Assembly: GCA_038279365.1 (NCBI GenBank)
Contig: JAYODI010000032.1
Location: forward strand, 13,915-55,010
Length of the DNA stretch: 41,096 bases
Direction of reading: 5' to 3'
DNA from: Candidatus Latescibacterota bacterium
GTDB lineage: Bacteria; Latescibacterota; UBA2968
Below are positions 15,470-25,716 of the stretch, one piece after another. How positions within the stretch are numbered: position 1 is the stretch's first letter; the number at the start of each line of letters is the position of its first letter. Position numbers and translations under genes: made by a program. The notes below the pieces were generated by a model. The model did not search any database. It saw only the letters and a program-made list of their open reading frames with translations, and was not told the origin of the DNA.

Positions 15470-18034
15470 ATGGCTTGTGGCGATTGGTCTAAATTTGTTG
15501 CACCTGATTATATAAACACGCGTGAAATTTTTTCACCCGATCTGATTCGCCCTTGGGTGATGGTGGGGCCTTTTAAGGTGGATGTGTCAAAAGAAGTGGA
15601 TGGCGCCACATTGTTTGAACAACCTGGCCGAACAGATAATGGGCAAGAACGCTATGATAGGGCCGTTGAAGAGGTGGGGGAGATATTAAAAACGGCGCCA
15701 TCAGAAGGTGATGGGGTGACATGTTTTGGTTTAACAGAAACGTGGCATCTGTTGCGTGTTGAAGAGCCTATGCCACATTGGGGCAGTTATAACAACCGCA
15801 ATCATTTGTCTGCAACATTTTTGTCTACTCGTATCACTCCTCAGATGGCGGGAACATTTCGATTTCGAGCACGCCAGCACATTTATAATCAGGTTTTTAT
15901 TGCGGTAAATGGTGAGATACAAGCTCAATCACCCAAGTGGGATTTACCCGATCCAAGATGGAATGATCAACATTTTGAATTTTCTTTGCATTTACCTGAA
16001 GGCGAAAGTGTCATTACGGTTGCGGTTGTGCGGTTGGCTCGTGTGGTGATTGGTGGGCTGATGATTGAAGCATTGGATGGAGCTTTTACTGTGCGTCCGC
16101 CATTATGTGATTTGCCCATCAAACGTGATGCACTTGAACACGCACTCATGGCAGTGCGTGTGCCACGAGACGGTTATGTTTTAGGCGAGGATATTCGGCT
16201 GATTGTTGATGCGGGTATGGATGACACAATTTCTTTGCGTGTGCGTTTGGTGCAAAAAGATATGGCGCTTTTTGAGCAAGCTGTCTCATCTTCTGTGGGT
16301 GAAGTTGTTTTGGGGAAAGCCGAACAGGGTGGTGTTTGTACATTGCATGTGGATTTTATGCACCATGATACATTGCTCCATACTCAAGATTATGCTCTGC
16401 GTATTTCTAAACCCACATCTGTTTTGTTGGGGCAAGGAAATTACAAGGCGCGATGCGATGCGGCGCTTGCTTATTTGTCTGAAGGCAATGAGATTTGGGC
16501 GCAAGTTGCACGATATCGGTTGGGGCAATATGACAAGATTGATCTTGAGGCGATTCGACAATCTTGTGCACATGTGCGTGGGCGGTTTGATTGTGCTGAT
16601 TTTCAAACAATCCCTTTGTTGCGTTTAATGTTTATGGATCGCAATCAGGAAGTGTTGCCCTTTGAAGTGCGTGCATTGATTCGTGAAACGCTTTTGGGTT
16701 TTAAATATTGGGTGGATGAACCAGGCAATGACACGATGGTAACAGGTACAGAAAACCATCGTATGGCGTTTCATGTGTCGGAATATTTGGCGGGCATTTT
16801 TTATCCGACAGATGTGTTTCCCAACAGCGGTTTAACGGGTTTGCAACATGTGGCCAAAGCCCGCCCTTATTTGATGGAGTGGTTGGCTCAGCGTGGGCGA
16901 TATGGGTTTAATGAGTGGCATTCGAATGTGTATTATCCTGTGTCACTGATGCCTGTGTTGGCATTGTTAGATTGGGCGCCAGGGTCAGAATCTCCGCTGA
17001 AAATGCAAGCCCAACAGGTGGCAACCATGATGTGTTTTACATTGGCGGCAGATACATTTGAAGGTGTGTTTGGTACCATCCATGGACGCACGGGAGCTTC
17101 GGCCGTCATTCACCCAGAAACGGAGAATACGGCAGGGTTGGTGTGGTTGCTCACGGGAGAGGGCGTGTTAAATCACAATATGGGCACGGCGAGTCTTGCG
17201 GTGAGCCATTATCGCCCACCCAAGGTGGTGTTTGATGTGGCAGATGACCGATCTGGTGTCATGGTTTCGCGTCAGCGCCATGGGTTGGCAGGAGGGGAAG
17301 GATCGGCAAACTTTATTGTGAGCAAAACACCCGATTATATGCTGTCGGCTTTGCAAGATCATTCGGCGGGGGAATTGACACGGCAGGTGCATGTGTTTCA
17401 GGTGACCATGAAAGAACGAACGGTTTTGTTTTTTACGGCACCCAATACAACCAGTGAAGAGGGTGGGTTGCGCCCCAATTATTGGTCGGGTAACAGTACG
17501 ACACCCCGTGTGTTTGGCGAAAAGAATGTGGCCATTTTGCACTATCAAAATGATGAAATTACGTGGATGACACATCTGTTTTTTGAGCGTGATCGGTTTG
17601 ATGAAGTTGTAGAAAAGGCCGGGTGGTTGTTTGCCAAAAAAGAAGATGGGTATGTGGCTGTGTGGTCAGAAAACGGTTATGAGGTGGGGCGCTTGGGGGC
17701 ATATGCTGGGCGCGAGTTGATTTGTCGTGCAAGAGAAAATGCCTGGATTGTTGAATGTGGGCGCAAAAAAGACAATGGTTCTTTTGGTGAATTTATGAAC
17801 GCGATTGTGGCGACAAAACCCCACCGAAAAGATGGGCAACTGGTGTACGCATCGCCTTCTGTTGGAGAAATCGTGTTTGGCTGGACAGGCCCTGCAACTG
17901 TCAATGGCAATGCGCGCCCCCTATCTGGTTATCCCTTGGTAGACAGTCCATTTGCACAAAGTGCTTTTGGCAGTGGTGAAATGGTTTTGAAACATGGTGA
18001 TGGGGTAGAGGAATTGTTTTTTAATCAGTCTTAA
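15470..18034 (+). CDS. Uncharacterised 854-aa protein; C-terminal ~500 aa paralogous to 21437-23191
   Basis: Long ORF, AGGAG RBS, 9 nt after the sulfatase stop. Motifs DCADF, FKYWVDEPG, ENH, GFNEWHS, HGR, YWSG. Confidence 0.85.
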   Translation: MACGDWSKFVAPDYINTREIFSPDLIRPWVMVGPFKVDVSKEVDGATLFEQPGRTDNGQERYDRAVEEVGEILKTAPSEGDGVTCFGLTETWHLLRVEEPMPHWGSYNNRNHLSATFLSTRITPQMAGTFRFRARQHIYNQVFIAVNGEIQAQSPKWDLPDPRWNDQHFEFSLHLPEGESVITVAVVRLARVVIGGLMIEALDGAFTVRPPLCDLPIKRDALEHALMAVRVPRDGYVLGEDIRLIVDAGMDDTISLRVRLVQKDMALFEQAVSSSVGEVVLGKAEQGGVCTLHVDFMHHDTLLHTQDYALRISKPTSVLLGQGNYKARCDAALAYLSEGNEIWAQVARYRLGQYDKIDLEAIRQSCAHVRGRFDCADFQTIPLLRLMFMDRNQEVLPFEVRALIRETLLGFKYWVDEPGNDTMVTGTENHRMAFHVSEYLAGIFYPTDVFPNSGLTGLQHVAKARPYLMEWLAQRGRYGFNEWHSNVYYPVSLMPVLALLDWAPGSESPLKMQAQQVATMMCFTLAADTFEGVFGTIHGRTGASAVIHPETENTAGLVWLLTGEGVLNHNMGTASLAVSHYRPPKVVFDVADDRSGVMVSRQRHGLAGGEGSANFIVSKTPDYMLSALQDHSAGELTRQVHVFQVTMKERTVLFFTAPNTTSEEGGLRPNYWSGNSTTPRVFGEKNVAILHYQNDEITWMTHLFFERDRFDEVVEKAGWLFAKKEDGYVAVWSENGYEVGRLGAYAGRELICRARENAWIVECGRKKDNGSFGEFMNAIVATKPHRKDGQLVYASPSVGEIVFGWTGPATVNGNARPLSGYPLVDSPFAQSAFGSGEMVLKHGDGVEELFFNQS

Positions 18035-18068
18035 ATGATGTGCATTTACTCAAATAGGAATCTTAACA

Positions 18069-19865
18069 ATGGCTACTGAAAATTGGGAACAGATACCTGA
18101 CGTTGCCCCACTTCCTGTGTCACAGATTGATCCGGCAAGTTTTACTGAAGAAGAAGTGGGGTATGCTTATTTTTTGCATCATTTGTCTACCGTGGCCAAT
18201 GCGGTGGTGATGAATGGCACGCATCGTGGGTTTATTGATATCAAGGTTTGGCGACGCCCCCAAGACAATGAGCCGTATAATGCACGGATTTTAGAAAACC
18301 ATGCCTCGTTGGCTTTTTTTTATACCGAAGATCGGCCATGGAATGTGTATCGGGGCGATGTGGCTTTAAAAGCACGGTTAGAAGCGGTGATGGATTTCTG
18401 GTGTCGCATTCAGCATACCGATGGACGGTTTTCAGAATATGCGCCTGAGCAATGGTCGTTGGCTCCCACTGGGTTTGGGATCAAATTTATGGGTGAGACG
18501 TTGCGGCGGTTACATACGTCTGAGGTGAATGGCGGCCCAACGGTTGATGCCGATATTTTGGCACGCGCCGTAGTGGCCACACAAAAGGCCATTGAGGTTT
18601 TATTGACGCACCCAGATTTGTTGCGCCATGCCACAAATTTTAGCAATCAGTATACGGGTTTTTGGGGGGGCATGATGTCTTTTCTTTCGGCCTATCCCAA
18701 TGAAATGATCTATCGGTCATTTGTTGAAATGATTAAAACGTTTCGCGACAAACTCACAAGCCCAGTGGGCTATCATTATGAACGCACAGGATGTGATTGG
18801 CGTTATACGATGCAAACCCATCGAAGCAATTTGCAACATGTATGGCATTATGTGCGTGGCACAGAACTTGAGCCTGATATTGTGGCGATGGAGCGTCCGT
18901 GGATTGATTGGTTGGCACAAAATGCGGTGTTAGAACCTGATGGATCGTATTTTACATTAAACCGCGCCATAGAAACACGCACGCCATTGCCAGGGTTTGA
19001 AAATTGGGAAACGCCCATGGCCGAACAGGTGCCCTTGGCACGGGCATTTTCTCAATCTTTGGAAACTTATCGGGAAAGTTTGGTTTCCAATCGAGAAAAT
19101 CTTATTCAGACTTGGCCTTCTGTTGCCCCATTGGAGATGTATAGCCCACATATTTTTGAGAGTGGGCGCAATGCATTGCACTGGATTTGTGAAAAATCGG
19201 AACGGGACCTTGCCCGAAAGCAATTGCCTTATTTGGCAAAAGATCGTTACACTCATTTGCGTATGGACAATCGCATAGCGGTGCATTACACGTTCATACG
19301 CAGACCATTGTATTATGCCATATTTAATGCAGGTGACGTGATTTGTGATCGACAGCGTTATGGTTTAGGGCTGTTGTGGCACCCAGAGATGGGCAGTGTG
19401 TTGCAAACGCAATCACAAAATGATGGCCCGTGGGGTACGGTGTCTGCTGAGGGCATGCATTATGAGGCCTCGTCTTTGCAAACGGAGATAACGGCAAATG
19501 GGACGTCGTTTTCGCCCATACCAGGTCAGCACGATTTATTAGATGGAGAAATTGTTTTTGAATATGCATTGGGAGAAGTTGGGAAAAAGAGGGTTCAATT
19601 TGGAGATGAAGACATTGTGGTGACGGTGGATCATGTTGGTGCATTTGTTGAGCATTTGCCGATGTTGATCAAAGCTGACGATGTCTTGCGTGTAGAGGGT
19701 CAAAAAATTCATTTACAACGCTTGGGAAAGACGATGGAGATTGTGTTTGATGGGCAGGTAAAGGTGGATGTACTGGACACAGAGGTGGCTCACGGGCCAT
19801 TTGAACTAAAGCGTGTTGAGGTGTATGCACAAGATCAGGTGCAATATCGCATTGCCTTTGAATGA
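18069..19865 (+). CDS. Uncharacterised 598-aa protein
   Basis: Long ORF with host-like codon usage and AGGA RBS. No family recognised. Confidence 0.83.
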   Translation: MATENWEQIPDVAPLPVSQIDPASFTEEEVGYAYFLHHLSTVANAVVMNGTHRGFIDIKVWRRPQDNEPYNARILENHASLAFFYTEDRPWNVYRGDVALKARLEAVMDFWCRIQHTDGRFSEYAPEQWSLAPTGFGIKFMGETLRRLHTSEVNGGPTVDADILARAVVATQKAIEVLLTHPDLLRHATNFSNQYTGFWGGMMSFLSAYPNEMIYRSFVEMIKTFRDKLTSPVGYHYERTGCDWRYTMQTHRSNLQHVWHYVRGTELEPDIVAMERPWIDWLAQNAVLEPDGSYFTLNRAIETRTPLPGFENWETPMAEQVPLARAFSQSLETYRESLVSNRENLIQTWPSVAPLEMYSPHIFESGRNALHWICEKSERDLARKQLPYLAKDRYTHLRMDNRIAVHYTFIRRPLYYAIFNAGDVICDRQRYGLGLLWHPEMGSVLQTQSQNDGPWGTVSAEGMHYEASSLQTEITANGTSFSPIPGQHDLLDGEIVFEYALGEVGKKRVQFGDEDIVVTVDHVGAFVEHLPMLIKADDVLRVEGQKIHLQRLGKTMEIVFDGQVKVDVLDTEVAHGPFELKRVEVYAQDQVQYRIAFE

Positions 19866-20006
19866 CCTGTTTTTGATTTTGTGGCATTTGTATTTGGGAT
19901 GTTTTAACTTGGGTTTTCGGCTGGGATTGAGGCGTGGATAATTGAAGTGTCTATCACCATTCCCTTTATGAACGTGAGGGAAATTCCTCAACAAAGGAGT
20001 AAAAAG

Positions 20007-21377
20007 ATGGCAAACAAGGTGACCGTTTTTGGTGCAGGCAGTGTGGTGTTTTCATTGGGCTTGGTAAAAGATTTGTGTTTGACCAAAGAGCTCAGTGGCA
20101 GCCATGTGTGTTTTATGGATATTAACGAAGAAGTGTTGGATGTGATTTACGAATTGGGGCGCAAATATGCCGAAGATTTGAGTGCCGATTTGACATTTGA
20201 AAAAACAACGGATCGAGAAACGGCATTGAAAGATGCCGATTTTGTGGTCAATGCCGCAACGATTACGCACAATGAATATTTTATGCAGCGCCGCCGTAAA
20301 ATGACGGCCAAGATGGGCTATTTTTACGACAAAACGGGTATGCCCGAATACCACAATTTGCAATTGATGTTGGATTTTGCCAAAGATGTGGAAAAGTATA
20401 GCAATGATGCATGGGTGTTGTTGGCGGGTAATCCTGTATTTGCAGGCACAACATTGATGACGCGCGAGACCAATGTGAAGGTGTGTGGTTTGTGTCACGG
20501 GCATTATGGTTATCAGGGGGTGGCGCGTGTGCTGGGCATTGACCCTGATGAGGTGACTTGGCAAGCGCCGGGTTTAAATCACAATATTTGGATGACCGAT
20601 TTTATTCACAACAATGAAGATATGTATCCGGTGTTGGACAAATGGATTGCTGAAGAAAGTGAAGCTTATTGGGAGAAGTTGGCAAAAGAAGGCAAGTCGA
20701 TTCCCACGCAGATGTCGCGTGCAGCCATTCACCAATATAAAATGTATGGGTTGATGCCTATTGGTGATACGCCCCGCCGTGGTGGATGGTGGTATCACAC
20801 CGATTTGGAAACGCGGGCCAAGTGGTATGACCCCAATGGCAGTAAAGACACACCTGAAGGACGCGATAAAGTATTGGAAGGCAAAGCCAAGAAATATGAA
20901 CAGATGAAAGCGACGGCTTATGATGAAAAAGTGCGCCCCATAGATGAATTTGGCGACAAGATGACACACGAACAACACATTCCCATTATGAATGGGTTGG
21001 TAAACAATGTGGAAGGTCAGTTTCAAGTGAATGTGCCCAACAATGGTGCCTTGCCTGGCATTCCCGACGATGTGGCCGTTGAAGTGCCCGCCATTGTGAA
21101 CAAAAAGGGCATTCAACCTTTGCGTGTGCCTCCTTTGCCCAAGAAGATTATGTTGGAGTGTGTGTTGCCCGATTGGTTGAATATGGAGCGCACCCTTGAG
21201 GCTGTGTTGTCGGGTGATAAGTCGATGATGTTGTATGGTGTGCTGGAAGCCAAAGAAACAAAGTCGTATGAACATGCCGAAGAAGTCTTGGAAGCTTTGT
21301 TTAATATTGAACCCAATGAGCCGATGAAGCATATTGAAGACATTAATGAACATTTTTCGTGGCCGAAAAATTGGTAA
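20007..21377 (+). CDS. Glycoside hydrolase family 4 (NAD+/Mn2+-dependent alpha-glucosidase/galactosidase/glucuronidase type)
   Basis: FGAGSVVF, ALKDADFVVN, NP, GLCHG, GLNHNIW, VNVPNNG..VEVPA. Start reassigned to ATG 20007 after AAGGAG. Confidence 0.9.
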   Translation: MANKVTVFGAGSVVFSLGLVKDLCLTKELSGSHVCFMDINEEVLDVIYELGRKYAEDLSADLTFEKTTDRETALKDADFVVNAATITHNEYFMQRRRKMTAKMGYFYDKTGMPEYHNLQLMLDFAKDVEKYSNDAWVLLAGNPVFAGTTLMTRETNVKVCGLCHGHYGYQGVARVLGIDPDEVTWQAPGLNHNIWMTDFIHNNEDMYPVLDKWIAEESEAYWEKLAKEGKSIPTQMSRAAIHQYKMYGLMPIGDTPRRGGWWYHTDLETRAKWYDPNGSKDTPEGRDKVLEGKAKKYEQMKATAYDEKVRPIDEFGDKMTHEQHIPIMNGLVNNVEGQFQVNVPNNGALPGIPDDVAVEVPAIVNKKGIQPLRVPPLPKKIMLECVLPDWLNMERTLEAVLSGDKSMMLYGVLEAKETKSYEHAEEVLEALFNIEPNEPMKHIEDINEHFSWPKNW

Positions 21378-21383
21378 TGCGTT

Positions 21384-21415
21384 AATGGGACGTGGATTTT
21401 CCACGTCCCATTTTT
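21384..21415 (+). terminator. Rho-independent terminator / mRNA-stabilising hairpin
   Basis: AATGGGACGTGGA-TTT-TCCACGTCCCATT then a T-run, just after the GH4 stop. Confidence 0.75.
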
Positions 21416-21436
21416 GTGCTTAATGGAGATGGTGTG

Positions 21437-23191
21437 ATGGGCGAAAAATTGGAGATCCCGCAATTACAGGTTGCCGAATCTATGGCGGGTTATGCTGTGC
21501 GACGTGACTGGTTGCTTCAAAACACTGCGGGTTTGGAAGTTTCTGAAGCAGATATATGTGATGTGAAACAGGATATTTATGGGGGGCGGGCGATTGCCAA
21601 TTTGGTTTTAGACCGTTTTGAAGATGCCTGTAATGCAAGATTGCAACGAACGGCCCAGTGGTTTGACCATCCGCATCCCAATGACCGCCATCACAAAGGG
21701 GAATGTGATTTTGCCGCTATGAAGCTGTGTCGTGCCTATTATCTGTTTTGTCACACAGATAAACTTCATGACGAAACCTTGGTGGCCATAAGACGCTTTT
21801 TTTTAACGACTGAGTTTGAGAGCCGACACCATTCAGAGAATCACGAGTTTTTATTTCACACCAGCCGCTATTTGATGGCCAAGGTGTATCGAGATGACCT
21901 GTTTGAAGCGTATGGCAAAACGGGCGCAGATTTGGCAGCAGAAGATGCCGAATGGCTTTTACACTTTATTCGATACCGTGCCAAACGCGGTTGGGGCGAG
22001 TTTGATTCTTCGTGTTATTTTCAGCCCGATTGGGAGTGTTTGATTTCACTTTATGATTATTGCGGTGATGCGGGTGATGTGGATGCAGAGCTTCATCGGT
22101 TAAGTGAACAGATGATGCAGGTGTTGTTGGTGGATATGGCGGTTGATTCGATAAACGGCATGTATGGTGGCGCACACGGGCGAATTTATCAGCCCCATGC
22201 TTTAGATCATACAACGGGCAATACGTATACGTTGCAGTATTTGTATTTTGGCAACGTTGATCGCGATACCATTGGTAAAAAAGGCGCTTTGATTGATGCC
22301 CTTGTTTCAGATTTTCGCCCGCATGAATTGGTTGTCGATATTGCCCTGAATCGGAATGGTATTTACGAAAATCGCGAGCGAAAGCATTTGCACAATTGTT
22401 CGGATGTGCGGCCTATTCATCCTGTTGAGGGGAGTATTCGTAAATACACATATTTTACACCCCAATTCATTTTGGGATCGTTGGTATTGCAAGACCCTTA
22501 CCCCGATGACTGTGACGGTGGGTGGTACGCTCACCATGAGCAACACGAATGGGATTTGACAATTGGGTCGCGAACAACGGCGCGTGTTTTTACACATCAC
22601 CCAGGAGAATCGGGGCCAGAACATGGTTATTGGACGGGGGATATTCGATGTTGTTGCGGTTCGTTTTTTCAGCATAAAACCGTGGTCATGTCGCTTTATG
22701 ATATTCCAGAGAGCCAACCGTTGCAATTTATTCATGCCTATTTACCTCAAGCCTCTTTTGATGTGGTCAAAGAGTTGGATGGGTTTGTGTTTGTAAAAGA
22801 GGGTGATGTCTATGCGGCACTCAAGATGTTAAATGGGCAACAATGGACACGTGAGGGTGAATGGGCAGATCGCGAATTGATCAGCTATGGGGCTCAAAAT
22901 GGGGCGATATGTGAAGTGGGAGATGCGGAGACTTTTGGGTCTTTTGAGTCGTTTTGCAATGAAATACGACAAAATGAATACATCTTTAACAAAGAAGAGA
23001 TGCAACTGACATATGTTTCAAAACGTGTAGGAACTTTGGTGATGGATATGACGGGGTTGCGTTTGGTAGACGGTATTGCTGTGGATATGGATTGGCCTTT
23101 GTATGATTGCCCGTATTTGCAGTCAGAATGGGATAGTGGTGTGATACACATTCTCAAGGGTGATCAGAAATTGGTTTTGGATTTTACGTGA
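21437..23191 (+). CDS. Uncharacterised ~584-aa protein, paralog of 15470-18034
   Basis: Start reassigned to ATG 21437 (GGAG upstream; the track start lies inside the terminator). Motifs ECDF, SENH, GWGEFDS, HGR, YWTG, RELI. Confidence 0.85.
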   Translation: MGEKLEIPQLQVAESMAGYAVRRDWLLQNTAGLEVSEADICDVKQDIYGGRAIANLVLDRFEDACNARLQRTAQWFDHPHPNDRHHKGECDFAAMKLCRAYYLFCHTDKLHDETLVAIRRFFLTTEFESRHHSENHEFLFHTSRYLMAKVYRDDLFEAYGKTGADLAAEDAEWLLHFIRYRAKRGWGEFDSSCYFQPDWECLISLYDYCGDAGDVDAELHRLSEQMMQVLLVDMAVDSINGMYGGAHGRIYQPHALDHTTGNTYTLQYLYFGNVDRDTIGKKGALIDALVSDFRPHELVVDIALNRNGIYENRERKHLHNCSDVRPIHPVEGSIRKYTYFTPQFILGSLVLQDPYPDDCDGGWYAHHEQHEWDLTIGSRTTARVFTHHPGESGPEHGYWTGDIRCCCGSFFQHKTVVMSLYDIPESQPLQFIHAYLPQASFDVVKELDGFVFVKEGDVYAALKMLNGQQWTREGEWADRELISYGAQNGAICEVGDAETFGSFESFCNEIRQNEYIFNKEEMQLTYVSKRVGTLVMDMTGLRLVDGIAVDMDWPLYDCPYLQSEWDSGVIHILKGDQKLVLDFT

Positions 23192-23197
23192 GGCACT

Positions 23198-24088
23198 ATG
23201 CGCATTGATTGGAAAGATGTTTCGTCGCCTGTTTTTTTACAGGGCAACCGCCAGATTGCATATCGCGATCCGGCGGGGTTTTATGATAACGGTGTTTTTC
23301 ATGTGTTTCATACGCAGGTGCATCGCGAAGCGGATGGCCGATGTTTTTTGTTTACGGCTGTGACACAGAGTGAAGATTTGGTGAACTGGACGGAGCCGAA
23401 AATTTTAACGCCAAAGGATCAAACGCTTAATTATTCCAGCCCTGGTAATGTGATTCGATATGGTGATGAATGGTTGTTGTGTTTGCAAACGTATCCAACG
23501 CCCAACAATGAGCCGACGGGTGACAAAACTGCGCGGGTGTTTGTGATGCGAAGCCGTGATTTGGAAACGTGGTCTGAACCTGAGTTGTTGCGTGTGAAGG
23601 GTGACGATGTGGCCCGTGAAGATATGGGACGTATGATTGATCCATATTTGATTGAAGACAAAGATGAACCGGGTAAGTGGTGGTGTTTGTACAAACAAAA
23701 TGGCGCGAGCATTTCTTTTTCGTATGATTTAAAAACGTGGACATATTTTGGGCGCGTGGAGGCAGGGGAGAATGTGTGTGTATTGGTGGATGGGGATGAC
23801 TATGTGTTGTTTCATTCACCGAAAAATGGGGTGGGTGTAAAGCGTACCACAGACTTTCAAAGTTGGGAAGATTGTGGTTTGCTGACTTTGGGGCAAGCCG
23901 AGTGGCCGTGGGCTACTGGGCGGTTGACGGCTGGGCATGTGTTGGATTTGCGAAAAGAGTTGGGCAAATATGTGATGTTTTTTCATGGGAGTGATGAAGA
24001 CGGAACGCGTGAACGGGAAACACATGGGCACGCGAGTTTGGCACTGGCTTGGAGTGAAGATTTGGTTCATTGGGATTGGCCAAAATAA
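23198..24088 (+). CDS. Five-bladed beta-propeller glycoside hydrolase (GH32/GH43-like clan)
   Basis: AYRDPAG, SEDLVNW, SRDLETW, MIDPYL and SEDLVHW blade repeats. Confidence 0.75.
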   Translation: MRIDWKDVSSPVFLQGNRQIAYRDPAGFYDNGVFHVFHTQVHREADGRCFLFTAVTQSEDLVNWTEPKILTPKDQTLNYSSPGNVIRYGDEWLLCLQTYPTPNNEPTGDKTARVFVMRSRDLETWSEPELLRVKGDDVAREDMGRMIDPYLIEDKDEPGKWWCLYKQNGASISFSYDLKTWTYFGRVEAGENVCVLVDGDDYVLFHSPKNGVGVKRTTDFQSWEDCGLLTLGQAEWPWATGRLTAGHVLDLRKELGKYVMFFHGSDEDGTRERETHGHASLALAWSEDLVHWDWPK

Positions 24089-24098
24089 CGGAGGTTTT

Positions 24099-25685
24099 AT
24101 GTTGCACCGATTTTTAGTGGCATTACCCAGAGGTGATCAGAAGGTATTTTTATCATGGCGATTGTTGGCATCTGATGCGCCCAATATGCCATTTTTTATT
24201 GAGCGATTGGATGATGCGGTTTGGACGCGTGTGCATGATGTGCCGATTGTGGATGCGACATCATTTTTGGATGTTGCACCGTCTGGTTCCACCCAGACCT
24301 ATCGGGTGGTAGATGGCAATGGTGATCCGTCTGAAACCGTTGTGGTTGATGCGGGTGCAGAAGCCACTTTGGTTGCGCGAGATATTTCGTTAAAGCCTTA
24401 TGATCGCGTGCAGAATGTGGTGGTTGGTGATTTGGAAAACGATGGCTGTTTGGGGTACGTGGTGCAGTATTCGTGGGAAAATACAATTCGGTTCACCGCT
24501 TATGCCCACGATGGGCGTGAGTTGTGGACCCATGATACAAAATTGCCCGAAAGTGGTGGGTGGGATGGTTCGATGTTACACTGTCCTTTTGTGTGTTGGG
24601 ATGTGAATGGTGACGGGCGTTCGGAGGTGGTGTTTCATAGTTTTAAGGGTGATTACCCGGCTGAAAAATATGATTTGGCTATAGAAGGTGAATTGTTGAC
24701 GGTGTTGGATGGTGAGACGGGCCATTTGGTTTGGGATGCACCTTGGCCGGCGGTGAAATCGCGGGTGATGTTGACGGTGGGGCATTTGGATGGCGTGGAC
24801 AAACCGGCGCAGATTGTGATTTTGGATGAGACATATAAAGATGTGGTGTTGACCGCGTTTAATGGCATTGACGGTTCTGTGAAGTGGCAAATTGAGCAAG
24901 AACGTGGTGCCGGGCACAATTTGGATATTGGTGATATAGATGGTGATGGGGTGCAGGAAGTGATTTGTGGGGGAATTTGTTACAATGGGGATGGCACAAT
25001 CAGATGGGAAGCCGAACCGTTTGGTCACACGGATATTTCAAAGCCCGCGAAAATTGTACCCGATATAGATGGCTTGCAGATTTATTATGCAGTTGAAGGG
25101 CCACCCCGCGAATTGAATGGGGTGTATCTTGTGGATAAAGATGGTAAAACGCTTTGGAAAGAAGCTTTTTACCATGCACATTATGGCTGGGTTGCTCGTC
25201 ATGCGCCAGGTGTGCCGGGGTTGCACCCGCACACGGCAGAAGACAGCCGAAGGCAAGAGCAGTCGCATTACCCCATCTTTTTGCCCAATGGGGAGACGTG
25301 GTTGAATTTGACCGATTGGCAGCGTAAGAATTTTGTGCCTGTGCATTGGGATGAAGGCGATGAGGTTGTGTTTGCGATTCGAAAAGAAAATAAGCGCATT
25401 GTTCGGTTAAATGCGAATGGTGAGATTGAAGATGTGCCAGAAAGCAAGTTACCCGAAGGGGGACGTTATGGACGCAATTTGGGTTGTGTGGATGTGTTGG
25501 GCGATTTTAGAGAGAATATTGTGGCAATAGATACTGAGCGAAAGTGTTTGATGGTGTTGGTGAACCCGACGGTTGCAAAAAGACGTGGTTATTCACCGTG
25601 GGATGATTTTGAATATCGCCATGATCGCAGTCAATTTGGGTCGGGATATTATATCTATTTGTCACCTCCCGTGACAACCGTTTAA
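24099..25685 (+). CDS. Rhamnogalacturonan lyase (PL11, YesW/YesX)-like beta-propeller protein
   Basis: VFLSWRLLASD N-terminal motif; Ca-binding repeats DLENDG, DVNGDGRSEV, GHNLDIGDIDGDGVQEV, DVLGDFRE. Start reassigned to ATG 24099 after GGAGG. Confidence 0.75.
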   Translation: MLHRFLVALPRGDQKVFLSWRLLASDAPNMPFFIERLDDAVWTRVHDVPIVDATSFLDVAPSGSTQTYRVVDGNGDPSETVVVDAGAEATLVARDISLKPYDRVQNVVVGDLENDGCLGYVVQYSWENTIRFTAYAHDGRELWTHDTKLPESGGWDGSMLHCPFVCWDVNGDGRSEVVFHSFKGDYPAEKYDLAIEGELLTVLDGETGHLVWDAPWPAVKSRVMLTVGHLDGVDKPAQIVILDETYKDVVLTAFNGIDGSVKWQIEQERGAGHNLDIGDIDGDGVQEVICGGICYNGDGTIRWEAEPFGHTDISKPAKIVPDIDGLQIYYAVEGPPRELNGVYLVDKDGKTLWKEAFYHAHYGWVARHAPGVPGLHPHTAEDSRRQEQSHYPIFLPNGETWLNLTDWQRKNFVPVHWDEGDEVVFAIRKENKRIVRLNANGEIEDVPESKLPEGGRYGRNLGCVDVLGDFRENIVAIDTERKCLMVLVNPTVAKRRGYSPWDDFEYRHDRSQFGSGYYIYLSPPVTTV

Positions 25686-25716
25686 TTTTTAATTGATAAA
25701 ACGAAGGGATACATAA

